Positions 1-13,716 of a DNA stretch of 64,000 bases are shown in pieces; position 1 is the stretch's first letter, and the number at the start of each line of letters is the position of its first letter. Source of the DNA: Macrostomum hystrix (Eukaryota; Animalia; Platyhelminthes); contig CATNEN010000038.1 in NCBI GenBank assembly GCA_950097015.1, positions 23,808,001 through 23,872,000 on the forward strand. The letters run 5' to 3'. Below the pieces are notes generated by a model. It did not search any database. It had not been told where the DNA came from and saw nothing but the letters and a program-made list of their open reading frames with translations. The position numbers were made by a program, and so were the translations under genes.

Positions 1-410
1 CTATGACTCACCTGATGACATCCCATGGCTCACCTGATGACATCCCATGGCTCACCTGATGATATACCATGACTCACCTGATGACATCACATGACTCACC
101 TGATGACATCCCATGACTCACCTGATGACATCACATGACTCACCTGATGACATCCCATGGCTCACCTGATGATATTCCATGACTCACCTGATGACATCAC
201 ATGACTCACCTGATGACATCCCGTGGCTCACCTGATGATATTCCATGACTCACCTGATGACATCACATGACTCACCTGATGACATCCCATGACTCACCTG
301 ATGACATCCCATGACTCACCTGATGACATCCCATGGCTCGCCTGATGAAATCCCATGACTCACCTCATGATGTTCCATGACTCACCTGATGACGTCCCAT
401 GACTCACCTG
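1..410. repeat. Minisatellite, 22-bp unit ATGACTCACCTGATGACATCCC
   Basis: About 18 tandem copies with point variants; runs off the window start. Confidence 0.95.
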
Positions 411-926
411 AATATTTTATAATCAAATGATAATCTATTTTTATGCATTAATTATAGGTCTTCTTTAAACTAATGAAATTCAAATAAATGTTTAAAAAAT
501 TCTCGAAATTTGCATGACTTTATTGACCAATAGGACTTACTAATCCTCTATAAAGATTAATAAAAATTGATTTCCTGTTCGAATATTAGTCGGATGAATT
601 TGTACTAATCTGCATGCATAAGTTTATCTAATCGGAAGAATATTAAATACTAAATAGGTTGGTTTCTTAAGGCCCTCAATTATATAGATTTAATATTATT
701 AGTACATTCGCGCATTAGGCCAGACAAATGAAAAGTTCAACGATGTGTGACAGATCGACACGTGGACTGCTTCAAATTTCTAATCAACGGATGCATTTTG
801 TAACAAATACAAGTTACGCTACCTTTGTAGATCGTGTTTCCGTGGCGTTTCCTAGCTGCTATGATCTGTCAGTTCTGAATTAAATGCTTCACTGAACATT
901 ATAACATTAGATTTTTCATTTTAATA

Positions 927-1422
927 GCATGCTGTAACTCTATTAGATGACATGCCATGACTCTATTAGATGACATGCTATAACTCTATTAGATGACATG
1001 CCATGACTCTATTAGATGACATGCCATAACTCTATTAGATGACATGCTATGACTCTATTAGATGACATGCCATAACTCTATTAGATGACATGCCATGACT
1101 CTATCAGATGACATGCCATGACTCTATTAGATGACATGCCATGACTCTATTAGATGACATGCTATAACTCTATTAGATGACATGCTATGACTCTATTAGA
1201 TGACATGCCATGCCTCTATTACATGACATGCCATGACTCTATTAGATGACATGCCATGGCTCTATTAGATGACATGCCATGACTCTATTAGATGACATGC
1301 CATGACTCTATTAGATGACATGCTATGACTCTATTAGATGACATGCTATGACTCTATTAGATGACATGCTATGACTCTATTAGATGACATGCCATGCCTC
1401 TATTAGATGACATGCCATGACA
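927..1422. repeat. Minisatellite, 23-bp unit ATGACTCTATTAGATGACATGCC
   Basis: About 21 tandem copies; alignable to the 22-bp unit at 1-410. Confidence 0.95.
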
Positions 1423-2117
1423 TGTGCACCAACAGTTCTATACATCAGAGCCTGCAGTCTTGCACAACACTTACACCTGACCTCTCAAACTCAACCTGTC
1501 CCCTCTCTTTTTGACAATTCCACTTTCAAATTGTAAAGAAAGTAAGTTTTGATTGACACCTCTCTGAGCTAGAGGCCGTGGCCTTTGAGAGATGGTGAAT
1601 GGTAATTAGTTTTTTTCCAGAGCGTGGCTTTTAAATGGTTCAACCTAATACCCCTTTAAATTTAGTAGAAGTAGGAGAGTCAATGAAGTTTAATGACAAC
1701 AAATATTCACACAATCGCGATGCTATTAATTCTTCGTTTATAAGAAAATGTTCAATTCTCTTTCACTACTTCTTTTTTCTTTAAAAAGGCAACCTATCTT
1801 CTTCAAACAAAGTTAATTTCTCATGTAAGTCTCTGCTTACTTTTTTTATAGCTGCATCAAATTTCGCATCGCTTAGTCAAGAACTCAAATTAGCATTTCA
1901 TCAACAGAAAAAAGCACTTCACTAAACCGAGACCAGAGGAGAATATGAAAAGCAAATCAATAAGAAATTTGAGAAATTTCGAACAAATTTCTTCCATCAA
2001 ACTGTCCATTAGTAATTGGAATCCAATGCTACATAAGTGGAGTTTAGTTCAAGAATTAGAAAACACTGTCTTCAAATTTTACATGACTAATCATCAACTA
2101 CATGCAGTTGTAAAAAC

Positions 2118-3668
2118 CCTGCGCTAGAATCACCTGTGCTAGAATCACCTGTGCTAGAATCACCTGTGCTAGAATCACCTGTGCTAGAATCACCTGTGAT
2201 AGAATCACCTGTCCTAGAATCACCTGTCCTAGAATCACCTGTGCTAGAATCACCTGTGCTAGAATCACCTGTGCTAGAATCACCTGTGCTAGAATCACCT
2301 GTGCTAGAATCACCTGTGCTAGAATCACCTGTGCTAGAATCACCTGTGCAAGAATCACATGTGATAGAATCACCTGTGCTAGAATCACCTGTGCTAGAAT
2401 CACCTGTGCTAGAATCACCTGTGATAGAATCACCTGTCCTAGAATCACCTGTGCTAGAATCACCTGTGCTAGAATCACCTGTGCAAGAATCACCTGTGCT
2501 AGAATCACCTGTGCTAGAATCACCTGTGCTAGAATCACCTGTGCTAGAATCACCTGTGCTAGAATCACCTGTGCTAGAATCACCTGTGCTAGAATCACCT
2601 GTGCTAGAATCACCTGTGCTAGAATCACCTGTGCTAGAATCACCTGTGATAGAATCACCTGTCCTAGAATCACCTGTGCTAGAATCACCTGTGCTAGAAT
2701 CACCTGTGCAAGAATCACCTGTGCTAGAATCACCTGTGCTAGAATCACCTGTGCTAGAATCACCTGTGCTAGAATCACCTGTGCTAGAATCACCTGTGCT
2801 AGAATCACCTGTGCTAGAATCACCTGTGCTAGAATCACCTGTGCTAGAATCACCTGTGCTAGAATCACCTGTGCTAGAATCACCTGTGCTAGAATCACCT
2901 GTGCTAGAATCACCTGTGCAAGAATCACCTGTGCAAGAATGACCTGTGCTAGAATCACCTGCGCTAGAATCACCTGTGCTAGAATCACCTGTGCTAGAAT
3001 CACCTGTGCTAGAATCACCTGTGCTACGATCACCTGTGCTAGAATCACCTGTGCTAGAATCACCTGTGATAGAATCACCTGTGCTAGAATCACCTGTGCT
3101 AGAATCACCTGTGCTAGAATCACCTGTGCTAGAATCACCTGTGCTAGAATCACCTGTGCTAGAATCACCTGTGATAGAATCACCTGTGTTAGAATCACCT
3201 GTGCTACGATCACCTGTGCTACGATCACCTGTGCTAGAATCACCTGTGCTAGAATCACCTGTGCTAGAATCACCTGTGCTAGAATCACCTGTGCTAGAAT
3301 CACCTGTGCTAGAATCACCTGTGCTAGAATCACCTGTGCAAGAATCACTTGTGCTAGAATCACCTGTGCTAGAATCACCTGTGCTAGAATCACCTGTGCT
3401 AGAATCACCTGTGCTAGAATCACCTGTGATAGAATCACCTGTGATAGAATCACCTGTGCTAGAATCACCTGTGCTAGAATCACCTGTGCTAGAATCACCT
3501 GTGCTAGAATCACCTGCGCTAGAATCACCTGTGCTAGAATCAACTGTGCTAGAATCACCTATGATAGAATCACCTGTGCAAGAATCACCTATGCTAGAAT
3601 CACCTGTGCTAGAATCACCTGTGCTTGAATCACCTGTGCTAGAATCACCTGTGCTAGAATCACCTGTG
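2118..3668. repeat. Minisatellite, 15-bp unit AGAATCACCTGTGCT
   Basis: About 100 near-perfect copies; source of the LESPV/ITCAR/ILAQV pseudo-ORFs. Confidence 0.97.
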
Positions 3669-4155
3669 GATGAAAACTGAAAACTGAAAAAACCTTAAAA
3701 AGTGTGGCAAGACTAGAATCCCAGCTGCTTGAAATTTTATGCTTTTTTAAAGAAGAAGAAAAATTGAGAAAAAGAGAAGGAAGGTGTCTGCCTGCTCTTG
3801 AAGCGGTAAGTCACGCAATGTTAGGATTTATCAATTTATCCTATGAGCAGCCAGTTAAAAGCTGCTAATCTGTGTTTTGTATTTACTTCCCCTGATAGCT
3901 CAGTAGTCACGAAGGCTGTTTTGTTTGAAAAGAAAAGCTGCTTTTGTCCCAGTTCCAGCCCACTGGACTGCTACCTCTGCTGCTGCTGCTGCTGATGCTG
4001 CTACTTAACTGCCTAAGACTCTTGGGTGTGGCTCTGTGATGGTATTTTTTCGGGAAAATAGCTCAATATTTTTATCAATGGCCTCACGTTTTAAACAGAA
4101 ATTTTGTTTCAAATGTTAAAACTCTCTTAGAAAAAGAACACATTTCAGGTAAGTC

Positions 4156-4780
4156 ACATCACCTGTTAGACACCAGACATCACCTGTTAGACACCAGAAT
4201 TACCTGTTAGACACAAGACATCACCTGTTAGACACCAGACATCACCTGTTAGACACCAGACATCACCTGTTAGACACCAGACATCACCTGTTAGACACCA
4301 GAAATCACCTGTTACACACCAGACATCACCTGTTAGACACCAGACATCACCTGTTACACACCAGACATCACCTGTTAGACACCAGACATCACCTGTTACA
4401 CACCAGAAATCACCTGTTAGACACCAGACATCACCTGTTAGACACCAGACATCACCTCTTAGACACCAGACATCACCTGTTACACACCAGACATCACCTG
4501 TTAGACACCAGACATCACCTGTTAGACACCAGACATCACCTCTTAGACACCAGACATCACCTGTTACACACCAGACATCACCTGTTAGACACCAGACATC
4601 ACCTGTTACACACCAGACATCACCTGTTAGACACCAGACATCACCTGTTACACACTAGAAATCACCTGTTACACACCAGACATCACCTGTTAGACACCAG
4701 ACATCACCTGTTACACACTAGAAATCACCTGTTACACACCAGACATCACCTGTTAGACACCAGACATCACCTGTTAGACA
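4156..4780. repeat. Minisatellite, 21-bp unit ACATCACCTGTTAGACACCAG
   Basis: About 30 tandem copies. Confidence 0.95.
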
Positions 4781-5116
4781 AAATCTATAAAAATCTTTTT
4801 TCAAATATATTTGTGGCTACATGAACAAGGGTTGGTTGTTTTCTCACCTTATCCTGGTAACTTTTTCTGCAACAATTTTTTTACATGTACACCGCCCTGT
4901 AACTGGAGAATGAATCTGAATTGTTTTGTCCGTGATTGCGGACAAAGCTAACACTCACTCACATACACGCACACTCAAGATGAAACTTCCCTGTTTTACT
5001 GTCAAGTGGTTCAGTAAGATGATCTTGAAGGAAAAAAATTACCGATTACTGTTCGATGAAGATTTTATCCAAAAAGAGTGTAAAAGCGATTGCAATGACT
5101 TTTTTATTTAGAAAAG

Positions 5117-5225
5117 TGAGGAGGCAATTCTGCCACCGTTCCGCTGACGCTTGAACACACTCTCACACAGGCGCGTACATCAGTCCTGACTGTACACTCT
5201 CACTGTGCCTTGGAGGTTGGCCACT
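5117..5225 (-). mobile_element. SINE-A internal fragment
   Basis: Matches the reverse complement of the SINE-A body (GAGGAGGCAATTCTGCC...TGTACACTCTCACTGTGCCTTGGAGGTTGGCC). Confidence 0.75.
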
Positions 5226-5957
5226 GTCAGTAAAAAAAAACTTTGCAAAATATCGACAACGCAATAAAATTAAGCCGGAGTCTGGTTCCTGAGTTCTTGA
5301 GTAGGTCTTAGGGTGAGCACAAAAAAAGTCATAAAAATGGAGCACAAAGAGAATTTATACAAAGATGGCAAATTGTTCACCAACCGAATCTCTCCACTAG
5401 CTAGTCATCCGGATTTTATATCTCTGGTGCTCCGTGCACACACACAGTAATATAAATGGAGCTTAGTCAGGCCTGGAATATATAAGAAACGGAGAAATAC
5501 CTGCCCCTCCCCCGATTCCATTAAGGCCTTTTTTAAACATTAATCGTGGTCGGGGTTGGCAAATAATATGGGCAGGCGGACAATGAGAGCCAGGATAGGC
5601 CTATAAACGGATGCTAAATAGATAGGCCCTGTCTGTCTCTGTCTCTATTGTTCCTCTTGTCAATAGCGACTTCCTGCCATGCTTTTCCAATCACCGCCGT
5701 CAGTCACAAATAATGGAATTTTAATGACAGTCAAGTTTTTTTCTCTGCTTCTCCTGCAACCGGTGGCTGCTGCTGCTGCTACTGCTGCTTGCCGTTTAAT
5801 TTAAGAAATTGGAGGAATTTTAGACATTTCGGCAACCCCTTTGTGCCTCTTGAGAGCTCTTTGATCTTTGAATAATGCCTGACGTGCAGTCTCCCTCTCT
5901 GCCTCGGCTGAGTCTAATTATATTCGTTCCTCAAACCCTTTAAAAGCTTTCATATAT

Positions 5958-6316
5958 CCTCTCCTCTCCTCTCCCGTCCTCTCCTCTCCCGTCCTCTCCT
6001 CTCCCGTCCTCTCCTCTCCCGTCCTCTCCTCTCCCGTCCTCTCCTCTCCCGTCCTCTCCTCTCCCGTCCTGTCCTCTCCCGTCCTCTCCTCTCCCGTGCT
6101 CTCCTCCCCCGTCCTCTCCTCTCCCGTCCTCTCCTCTCCCGTCCTCTCCTCTCCCGTCCTCTCCTCTCCCGTGTTCTCCTCTCCCGTCCTCTCCTCTCCC
6201 CTCCCGTCCTCTCCTCTCCCATCCTCTCCTCTCCCGTCCTCTCCTCTCCTCTCCCGTCCTCTCCTCTCCCATCCTCTCCTCTCCCGTCCTCTCCTCTCCC
6301 GTCCTCTCATCTCCTC
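5958..6316. repeat. Pyrimidine-rich minisatellite, 15-bp unit CTCTCCTCTCCCGTC
   Basis: Tandem copies. Confidence 0.93.
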
Positions 6317-6781
6317 CGATTCCAATTAAAACGAAGTTAAAAATGTCAAGTTGACTTTAACTTTCTAGACAGGCCATGTTACCTGTGTCTCTCAATTAGG
6401 CCTAAAAGTTCTTGCTTATTAAGATTCCGCATAGAAAATCTCGTTCTCGACTAAAACTGACACATTCTGGTCAAAATTTGCCTCATTAAGAACCACTTTG
6501 ACTTCCTAGTCGACGTGACAATTTAAATCTCTGCGAAGTCCGTCTCTCGTGGAGGGGGTAGGTTAATTTAGGACTGGGTTGTGCTTTTTTGCACAAAACT
6601 GGCCACTCTTTTCGTTATTTTGGAAAATCTATAGTTAATATCCGCCTTACCCTACTAAAAGTAAGGAAGTAGCTTAATGCTGTATTTTTGTCGAGTAAAC
6701 CTATATACCAAGAGGTAATCTTTTTCAATTTCACGAGACCCAAATTTTAGTTCTTGTAAACCCCATGCCTGAATAATTAAA

Positions 6782-7905
6782 TCTTTCATCCCTAAACTTC
6801 CCTATCCTAAACTTCCCCATCTCTAAACTAAAGTTACCCATTCCTAAACTTCCCAATCTCAAAACTTCCCGATCCTAAACTTCCCCCATCCTAAACTTCC
6901 CGATCCTAAACTTCCCGATCCCTAAACTTCCCGATCCTAAACTTCCCCATCCTAAACTTCATGATCCTAAACTTGCCGATCCTAAACTTCCCGATTCCTA
7001 AACGTCCCCATCCCTAAACTTCCCCATCTCTAAACTTCCCTAAACTTTCACATCCATCTTCATCCCTAAACTTCCCCATCCCTTAACTTCGCCATCCCTA
7101 AACTTCCTTATCCCTAAAATACAATTTTCCTAATCCCATTTTCCTAATCCCATTTCCCTAATCCAATTTTCCTAATTCCCTATTCCTAATCCCATTTCCC
7201 TAATCCCATTTCCCAAATCCCATTTCCTAAATCCCATCCCATTTCCCTAATCCGATTTTCCTACTCCCATTTTCCTAATCCGATTTCCCTAATCCGATCT
7301 TCCTAATCCCATTTTCCTAATCCGATTTCCCTAATCCGATTTTCCTAATCCCATTTTTTCTAAAACCGATTTCTATAATCCCCTGTCTCTAATCTTCTTT
7401 CTCTAGTCATCTCTAAAAATATTCTCCTTTCCCTATTTACCCTTTCCTAATCCCCTTTTCCTAATCGCCTTTTTCTAATCCCCTTTCCCTAATCAACTTC
7501 CCTAAATCCGATTTTCCTAATCCCCTTTCCATAATCCCCTTTCCCTAATCCCCTTTCCCTAATCCCCTTTCTTGAATCCTCTTTCCATGATCCCCTTTTC
7601 CTAATCCCCTTTCCATAATCGCCTTTTCTTAATCCCCTTTCCCTAATCCCCTTTCCCTAATCCACTTTCTTGAATCCCCTTTCCCTGATCCCCTTTTCCT
7701 AATCCCCTTTCCTAATCCCCTTTCCATAATCCCCTTTCCATGATCCCCTGTCTCTAATCGCCTTTCCCAAATCCTCTTTACCTAATCCCCTTTTTTTAAT
7801 CCCCTTTTTTCTAATCGAATTTTTCTAATCCCATTTCCCTTATCCCCTTTTCCTAATCCCCTTTCCCTAATCCGATTTTCCTAATCCCCTTTCCCTAATC
7901 CCCTT
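6782..7905. repeat. Compound degenerate C-rich minisatellite (CCCTAAACTTCCCCAT grading into CCCTAATCCCCTTT)
   Basis: Two abutting 14-17-bp arrays sharing CCTAA. Confidence 0.88.
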
Positions 7906-8646
7906 TATCGTAGAAAGCAAACTACTAGCTGATCCGAATTAAAAAAATGAATTATCCGGGCAACTCTGATTGGCCTTAAATGATAGATCAAGGCTTTCTC
8001 CTTAGGAGTTTTCCACTTTGCAGACTTGTTTAGACAAATAAAGCCAGTAGCATGTCCGTAGTGATTAAAAGGCTTGTAAATACAAAATATACTAGGCGTA
8101 AATCCCCCCTATATAGTGTGCAATCAATCATCCTAACGAAATGAATAACAATATCTCTATCAGTTCAAAGCCTTAATCTATATAATTCAGGCAACGAAAT
8201 GTTTTTCTAGTACAAGAGTATATACTAGTAGCTAAACAGGCCAATTTATGAGGTCGAAGCTGCTGAGTTTCTAAGAAAAATCTAAGAAAAAGAAGTGCAG
8301 CTTGGAGTGGGAGCACTTATTTGGGATTTTATAAAATAATCAATCGAATTGTCTGTATTTGCATAAATTTATCGATCAGATTTTGCTTTGATTTTAGAAA
8401 AATGCACTAGCTTTCTTAGATACTATCGACGTGTTGTCGAGTTATCGGTTGCTTATGATAATTATTTTCTACCCTTAATATCGACTGCTGTCTAAACACC
8501 AGATGTGCAATAAAAACTGTGTGACTTAAGTGCTTCTTTTGTGCAGAAGATAATTTAACGTATTTGCGTGAAAATAAATTATTAAAAGCAGATTCGATAC
8601 CTTTTTTCGATGTCTATTGCATATATTTTATTCTCTCTCCCAAGAA

Positions 8647-9440
8647 ACAGAGATAGAGAGACAGAGAGATGAGAGAGAGACGGAGAGACAGAGACAGAGA
8701 GATGAGAGAGAGACGGAGAGACAGAGACAGAGAGATGAGAGAGAGACGGAGAGACAGAGACAGAGAGATGAGAGAGAGACGGAGAGACAGAGACAGAGAG
8801 ATGAGAGAGAGACGGAGAGACAGAGACGGAGAGATGAGAGAGAGACAGAGAGACAGAGACACAGAGAAAGAGACAGAGAGACAGAGACACAGAGACAGAG
8901 ACAGAGAGACAGAGACACAGAGACAGAGACACAGAGACACAGAGACAGAGACAGAGACACAGAGACAGAGACGGAGAGATGAGAGAGAGACGGAGAGACA
9001 GAGACAGAGAGACAGAGACACAGAGAAAGAGACACAGAGACAGAGACACAGAGACACAGAGACAGAGACAGAGACACAGAGACAGAGACAGAGAGACAGA
9101 GAGACAGAGACACAGAGACAGAGACAAAGAGACAGAGACAGAGAGACAGAGACACAGAGACAGAGACAAAGAGACAGAGATAGAGAGACAGAGACACAGA
9201 GACAGAGACACAGAGACAGAGAGACAGAGACACAGAGACAGAGACACAGAGACAGAGACAGAGAGACAGAGACACAGAGACAGAGACAGAGAGACAGAGA
9301 TATGACAGATAGAGAGATGAGAGATAAGAGAGATGACAGATAGAGAGATGAGAGATGAGAGATAGGGAGATGAGAGATAGAGGCACAGACACGCAGAGAC
9401 AGAGACGCAGAGACAGAGACAGAGAGACAGAGAGTCAGAG
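8647..9440. repeat. GA/GACA-rich simple repeat (GAGACA-based)
   Basis: Low-complexity purine-rich tract; source of the SLSVS/RDRETE pseudo-ORFs. Confidence 0.93.
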
Positions 9441-10021
9441 AGACACGGGGACAGGGAAATACAGTCCATGACAAAGGTGCTTCATGAATACAGGGGCAGA
9501 AATGAACAAGCAATTCAAGCTTTCCCTGGCACTGTTAGTCTCGGTATCTAGAAAGGCGAAGTCGCTTATTCTTAGAATTTTGTAACTCCCTATAGAAGTG
9601 CAGAGGAGGGCATTATGCTATGGGAGCATTGCTAAGTAAATAAGATCAGAATGCAGAGAAAGCTGAATAGCTAACATATGGTTACATCGTACATTAAATA
9701 GCAAAGGCAAAAATGCTTTTGCCTAGAAATTCTAATGAAGATGCAAAAACGGGAAAAAATACAGCCCTAGAAAGTATATTTTTGTCCTATTTTCTTCCCA
9801 ACACTCTCTTTCCCCCGTTAACCATTTTTAGACTTGATCTGGTTTTTGTCCCAAAGAATTGTGCCTTACAAGCGGCATGTCAGGAAATATCACCAGCTTC
9901 TGTGTTTTTCTATCCTAAAGTAAGATACATGTAATCTTGCACTTGTTATTATTACTAAAACGTTGTGACGTTCAACTCTTGCAGCAAGGGTACTTGGATC
10001 GAACTGTCACTCTAATTTTCA

Positions 10022-10200
10022 CGCTGAAACCTTAGCACACACTCACACAGGTGTGTACACCTGCCATGACTTTCTTTCGCCGACAAGCAGCGTCTCACAG
10101 TGCCTTGGTTGGTTGGCCCGCAAGTGTGTAAACTGACCACAAGCGTCCAAGCCTTCTCCCCGCGGCTGCGTCTCAAATGAATGCGGACCATGGCCACACA
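10022..10200 (-). mobile_element. Degenerate SINE-A copy
   Basis: Diverged match to the SINE-A body (CTCACACAGGTGTGTACA...CCAAGCCTTCTCCCCGCGGCTGCGTCTCAAATGAATG). Confidence 0.7.
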
Positions 10201-11028
10201 GAAAATGATGCTTCATGTTGGGCGTGACGCGTTAGTGTACCCATATTCAATTTTGTGTAGAGATTACACGCACGCACGCACGCCTTGCCTCTGTTTCAGT
10301 CAGTCCCCAAATGTAACTCCCTCCCAACCAATGGTAAATTAGTAAAGGGGCTTTGGTCTAGGAGGAGGGTTGCTACAACAGTGGGATGAGAGACGGGCTG
10401 CCCATGCTCCGCATGGAGCTGGTTCAGAGGCGCACAGAGACACAGTTTGAGGTGAAAGAATGGGAGAGAGAGGATTGGTAGATGAGGAAGAGAGTAAAGC
10501 ATGTGAGGCCTGATTGAACTAGTTTGCCAGCTGCTAAATCCCATCTGGCTTTATGGCTCCATGCAGCCTGCTATGGTATAAACTGCTTCACTTTGATTAA
10601 AAACTATCAGGCCTAGCTGCTGCTGCTGCTGCTTCTGCTGTTGCTTTCGGAACCGTGTAGGCTTTTGTCGAGACGGCAGTACATTGTTTGCACCTTCAGT
10701 CTAAAGGTCGCATAGCTATAAACTAAAAAAATCTTTTTCTTTAACAGCTCCATCGTTAAATAACAATATTAGCTAGTAGACGCTAGCTAGCCTAGACAAT
10801 CATGTCATTGTTTGCGCTAACTAAACTAACGAAACGTGGAGAGAAGTGAGTGAGAGAAGACAGGTTCTCCCTCCCTGTCTCTGTCGCTACGCAAACATTG
10901 TCGTATAGAGACCTAAAGAAAAAACTCTCAACCTAAAATTGAGTAAAAAAACCAGGTCGACGCGGAGAGAAGAGAAAAGATCAAGTTTGAAATACTTCTC
11001 CGCGTCCTGTCTAGACGCTGTCAGCGGA

Positions 11029-12167
11029 ATGCGGGATCGAACAGCCAGGGCCAACAAGCCGCAAACAGTTGGCGATGAGTTCCTACGCTTCCTCACCTTC
11101 TCGTCGGTGCGCGGCGTACCGCGCCTTCTGAGGGCGCGCTCTCTCGGCTGGTCCATCATCTGGGCCGTATCCGTGCTGGGATTTCTAACCGTGTCGTTCT
11201 ATTTCACCATCCGGCTGGTGATGCAGTTCAGCACATACCAGACTGTCTACGAGATCAAGAACGAGTTCAATTCGCAGGACGCGCCGTTCCCGTCGGTGAC
11301 CATCTGCAATTTGCAGCCGTTCTCGGCCACCCTACTCGACCGGGTGTTCGCGTCCACATCGCCGTTGGAAAACGTCACCGCCGATATGTACAACGAGGCC
11401 TTCGTGCGACTGCAGGCGAGCAGCGAGGACTTTCGCTCGCTAACCTGGAAGTCATTCTTTCTGCAGAACTGGGGTCGAAAGGCCAGCGAAAAGACCGGCT
11501 TGAAGTTCTACGAATTTGTGCTAAACAACACGTGCAATTTTACTTACTCGGCCAATTCCAAGCTCAGAACAATGAGCTGCAATCCGCAGAGAGACGTACA
11601 GGAACTGTTCAGTTCGCGTTATCTCACCTGCTTCATGCTGTCTCCGCCGCAGAACATATCAAATAGCACATTCTCGGTTGAGATGGACCTGTACCTGGAC
11701 ACCGAGTCTTCGTTGTTCAACCGCAGTCACCTGGGCGAAGACTCCAAGGCCGCGCTGTTCACCCTGGAGGACTCAATCGGCGCTTTCGTCATGGTGCACA
11801 CGGCGCGCACCTACCCTGAAGGCTATCACGGAGTGCACGTCTTACCTGGAACCAAAAGCGTCGTAGAGATCACAAGCGTCAACAAGGAGGTCAAGCTGGA
11901 ACACTTTGCCAAGGATCCCTGCATCCAGCAGACGGATCAGGACATTCTGGCGCTCTATCAGGAGGTCAGGCCGTTCGCCTACAAGTCAACGATTTGTCGG
12001 CGCCTCATGATCCAACAGATGATTGGGAGAAAGTGCAACTGCACGGATCCGAATCACCCGGTGCCTACAGAGCTGCTGAGCTATCCCTTCTGCGGCGAGG
12101 TTTCTCAAGATGCGTTCTCGCCTGTTGAAAGGATTCGCAACTCAGCGCTAAATGAGACCATACGGAG
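11029..12167 (+). CDS. DEG/ENaC (amiloride-sensitive sodium channel family) subunit, coding exon 1
   Basis: First ATG at 11029; pre-TM1 SSVRGVPRL, TM1 WSIIWAVSVLGFLTVSFYF, FPSVTICN signature, Cys-rich thumb (C...KCNC...FC); donor AG|GTGAGT after 12167 (phase 2). Confidence 0.9.
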
Positions 12168-12334
12168 GTGAGTGACGACTATCTTGTCTGTCAGAGTCTA
12201 GTAAAAGATATCTCACTCACATACAGTCATAATTTACACAATTTACTGCACTAGAGTCACTAACTTGCAACTAACGCTCGTAACAAACGCAAGATCAGTA
12301 ACAAACCAGAGATACAAGACCCTCTCTCTAATAG

Positions 12335-12980
12335 CCCACAGAGTCACTAACCGGTGAAACAACAGCCCACAAAAATCACTAACCGGTGAAACAATCCCCT
12401 CAGAGTCACAAACCGGTTAAAAAGGCCCTCGGAGTCATTAACCGGTGAAACAAGTCCCTCGGAGCCATTAACCGGTGAAACAAGACCCTCAGAGTCATTA
12501 ACCGGTGAAACAAGACCCACGGAGTCATTCACCGGTGAAACAAGACCCTCGGAGTCATTCACCGGTGAAACAAGACCCTCGGAGTCATTCACCGGTGAAA
12601 CAAGACCCTCGGAGTCATTCACCGGTTAAAAAAGGCCCTCGGAGTCATTCACCGGTGAAACAAGACCCACGGAGTCATTCACCGGTTAAAAAAGGCCCTC
12701 GGAGTCATTCACCGGTGAAACAAGGCCATCATAGTCATTAACCGGTGAAACAAGACCCTCGGAGTCATTCACCGGTTAAAAAAGGCCCTCGGAGTCATTC
12801 ACCGGTGAAACAAGGCCATCATAGTCATTAACCGGTGAAACAAGACCCTCGGAGTCATTCACCGGTTAAAAAAGGCCCTCGGAGTCACTAACCGGCTCAC
12901 AGGGTCCACTAACCGGTGAAACAACAGTCCTCAGAGTCACTAACTGGCTAAATGTCGACCCCGCAGAGTCACTAACCAAT
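12335..12980. repeat. Intronic minisatellite, 30-bp unit ACCGGTGAAACAAGACCCTCGGAGTCATTC
   Basis: About 20 copies inside the DEG/ENaC intron, with degenerate ends. Confidence 0.92.
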
Positions 12981-13716
12981 GAAACAGAAAACTCAGTCAC
13001 TTACCTGTAAGTAGTCAACTCCAACTCTAATAGTAATTAGCAGTAGTTCAGCAAGTTCAACCAAGCACAATAAAGTTAAAACACCAAGCAGTCATTTTAA
13101 TTTTACTTCATTAGTTGCTTGCTTGTTTTATGACTTCAAATGTACTCTTACCGCTTCATTTATACAACATTTATTTATATTTATTTTTATATATATAATA
13201 TAATATTATAATATTATAATATTATACTATTAATATTTATTTTTATTGCAGAATGCTGTACGCTCGTTTATAGATACATATAAAAAACTATTAGCTACAA
13301 TTTTTTTTTCGCTATTATGTTTTAATAAATTATGGGATAATTCCTGATATATACATAATGCGGCAGATAAACAAATTGACCAATGCATCACGATAGACTT
13401 CTAAATTAATTAATTTATTATGGCACTTGAATTAGTGACAAAGCAGCATCAATGAGCCGCAATTTAATTAATAATTTTCCATTCGCTAGACACGCACACG
13501 TATATATACAGGGAGAATCAGATTATTGAATATGTGTCAATCAAAGCCAAGGTGGAAATATTTTTCGTTCATTTCCGTCACCCTATTTACCCGCTAACCA
13601 TATTCACACTGACCACTCTCTAAGACTTATTTAGTCACCTCATCACAAATAATAGTTTACGCCTCAAACCTCTAAAGTCACAAGCCTTGATTATCCGACC
13701 CTCCATACAGACGCGT

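Noticed and set aside
2098-3680. Long ORFs (ILAQV, LESPV, ITCAR), superficially pentapeptide-repeat proteins
   Set aside because: Translations of a 15-bp tandem unit that is open in several frames; no unique domain or splice context
7125-7905. Interstitial telomere
   Set aside because: CCCTAA is embedded in 14-16-bp units and never occurs as contiguous hexamers
10939-11028. N-terminal extension of the DEG/ENaC ORF from TTG, and GPCR start at 37296
   Set aside because: Non-ATG starts from the ORF caller; the first ATGs are at 11029 and 37245
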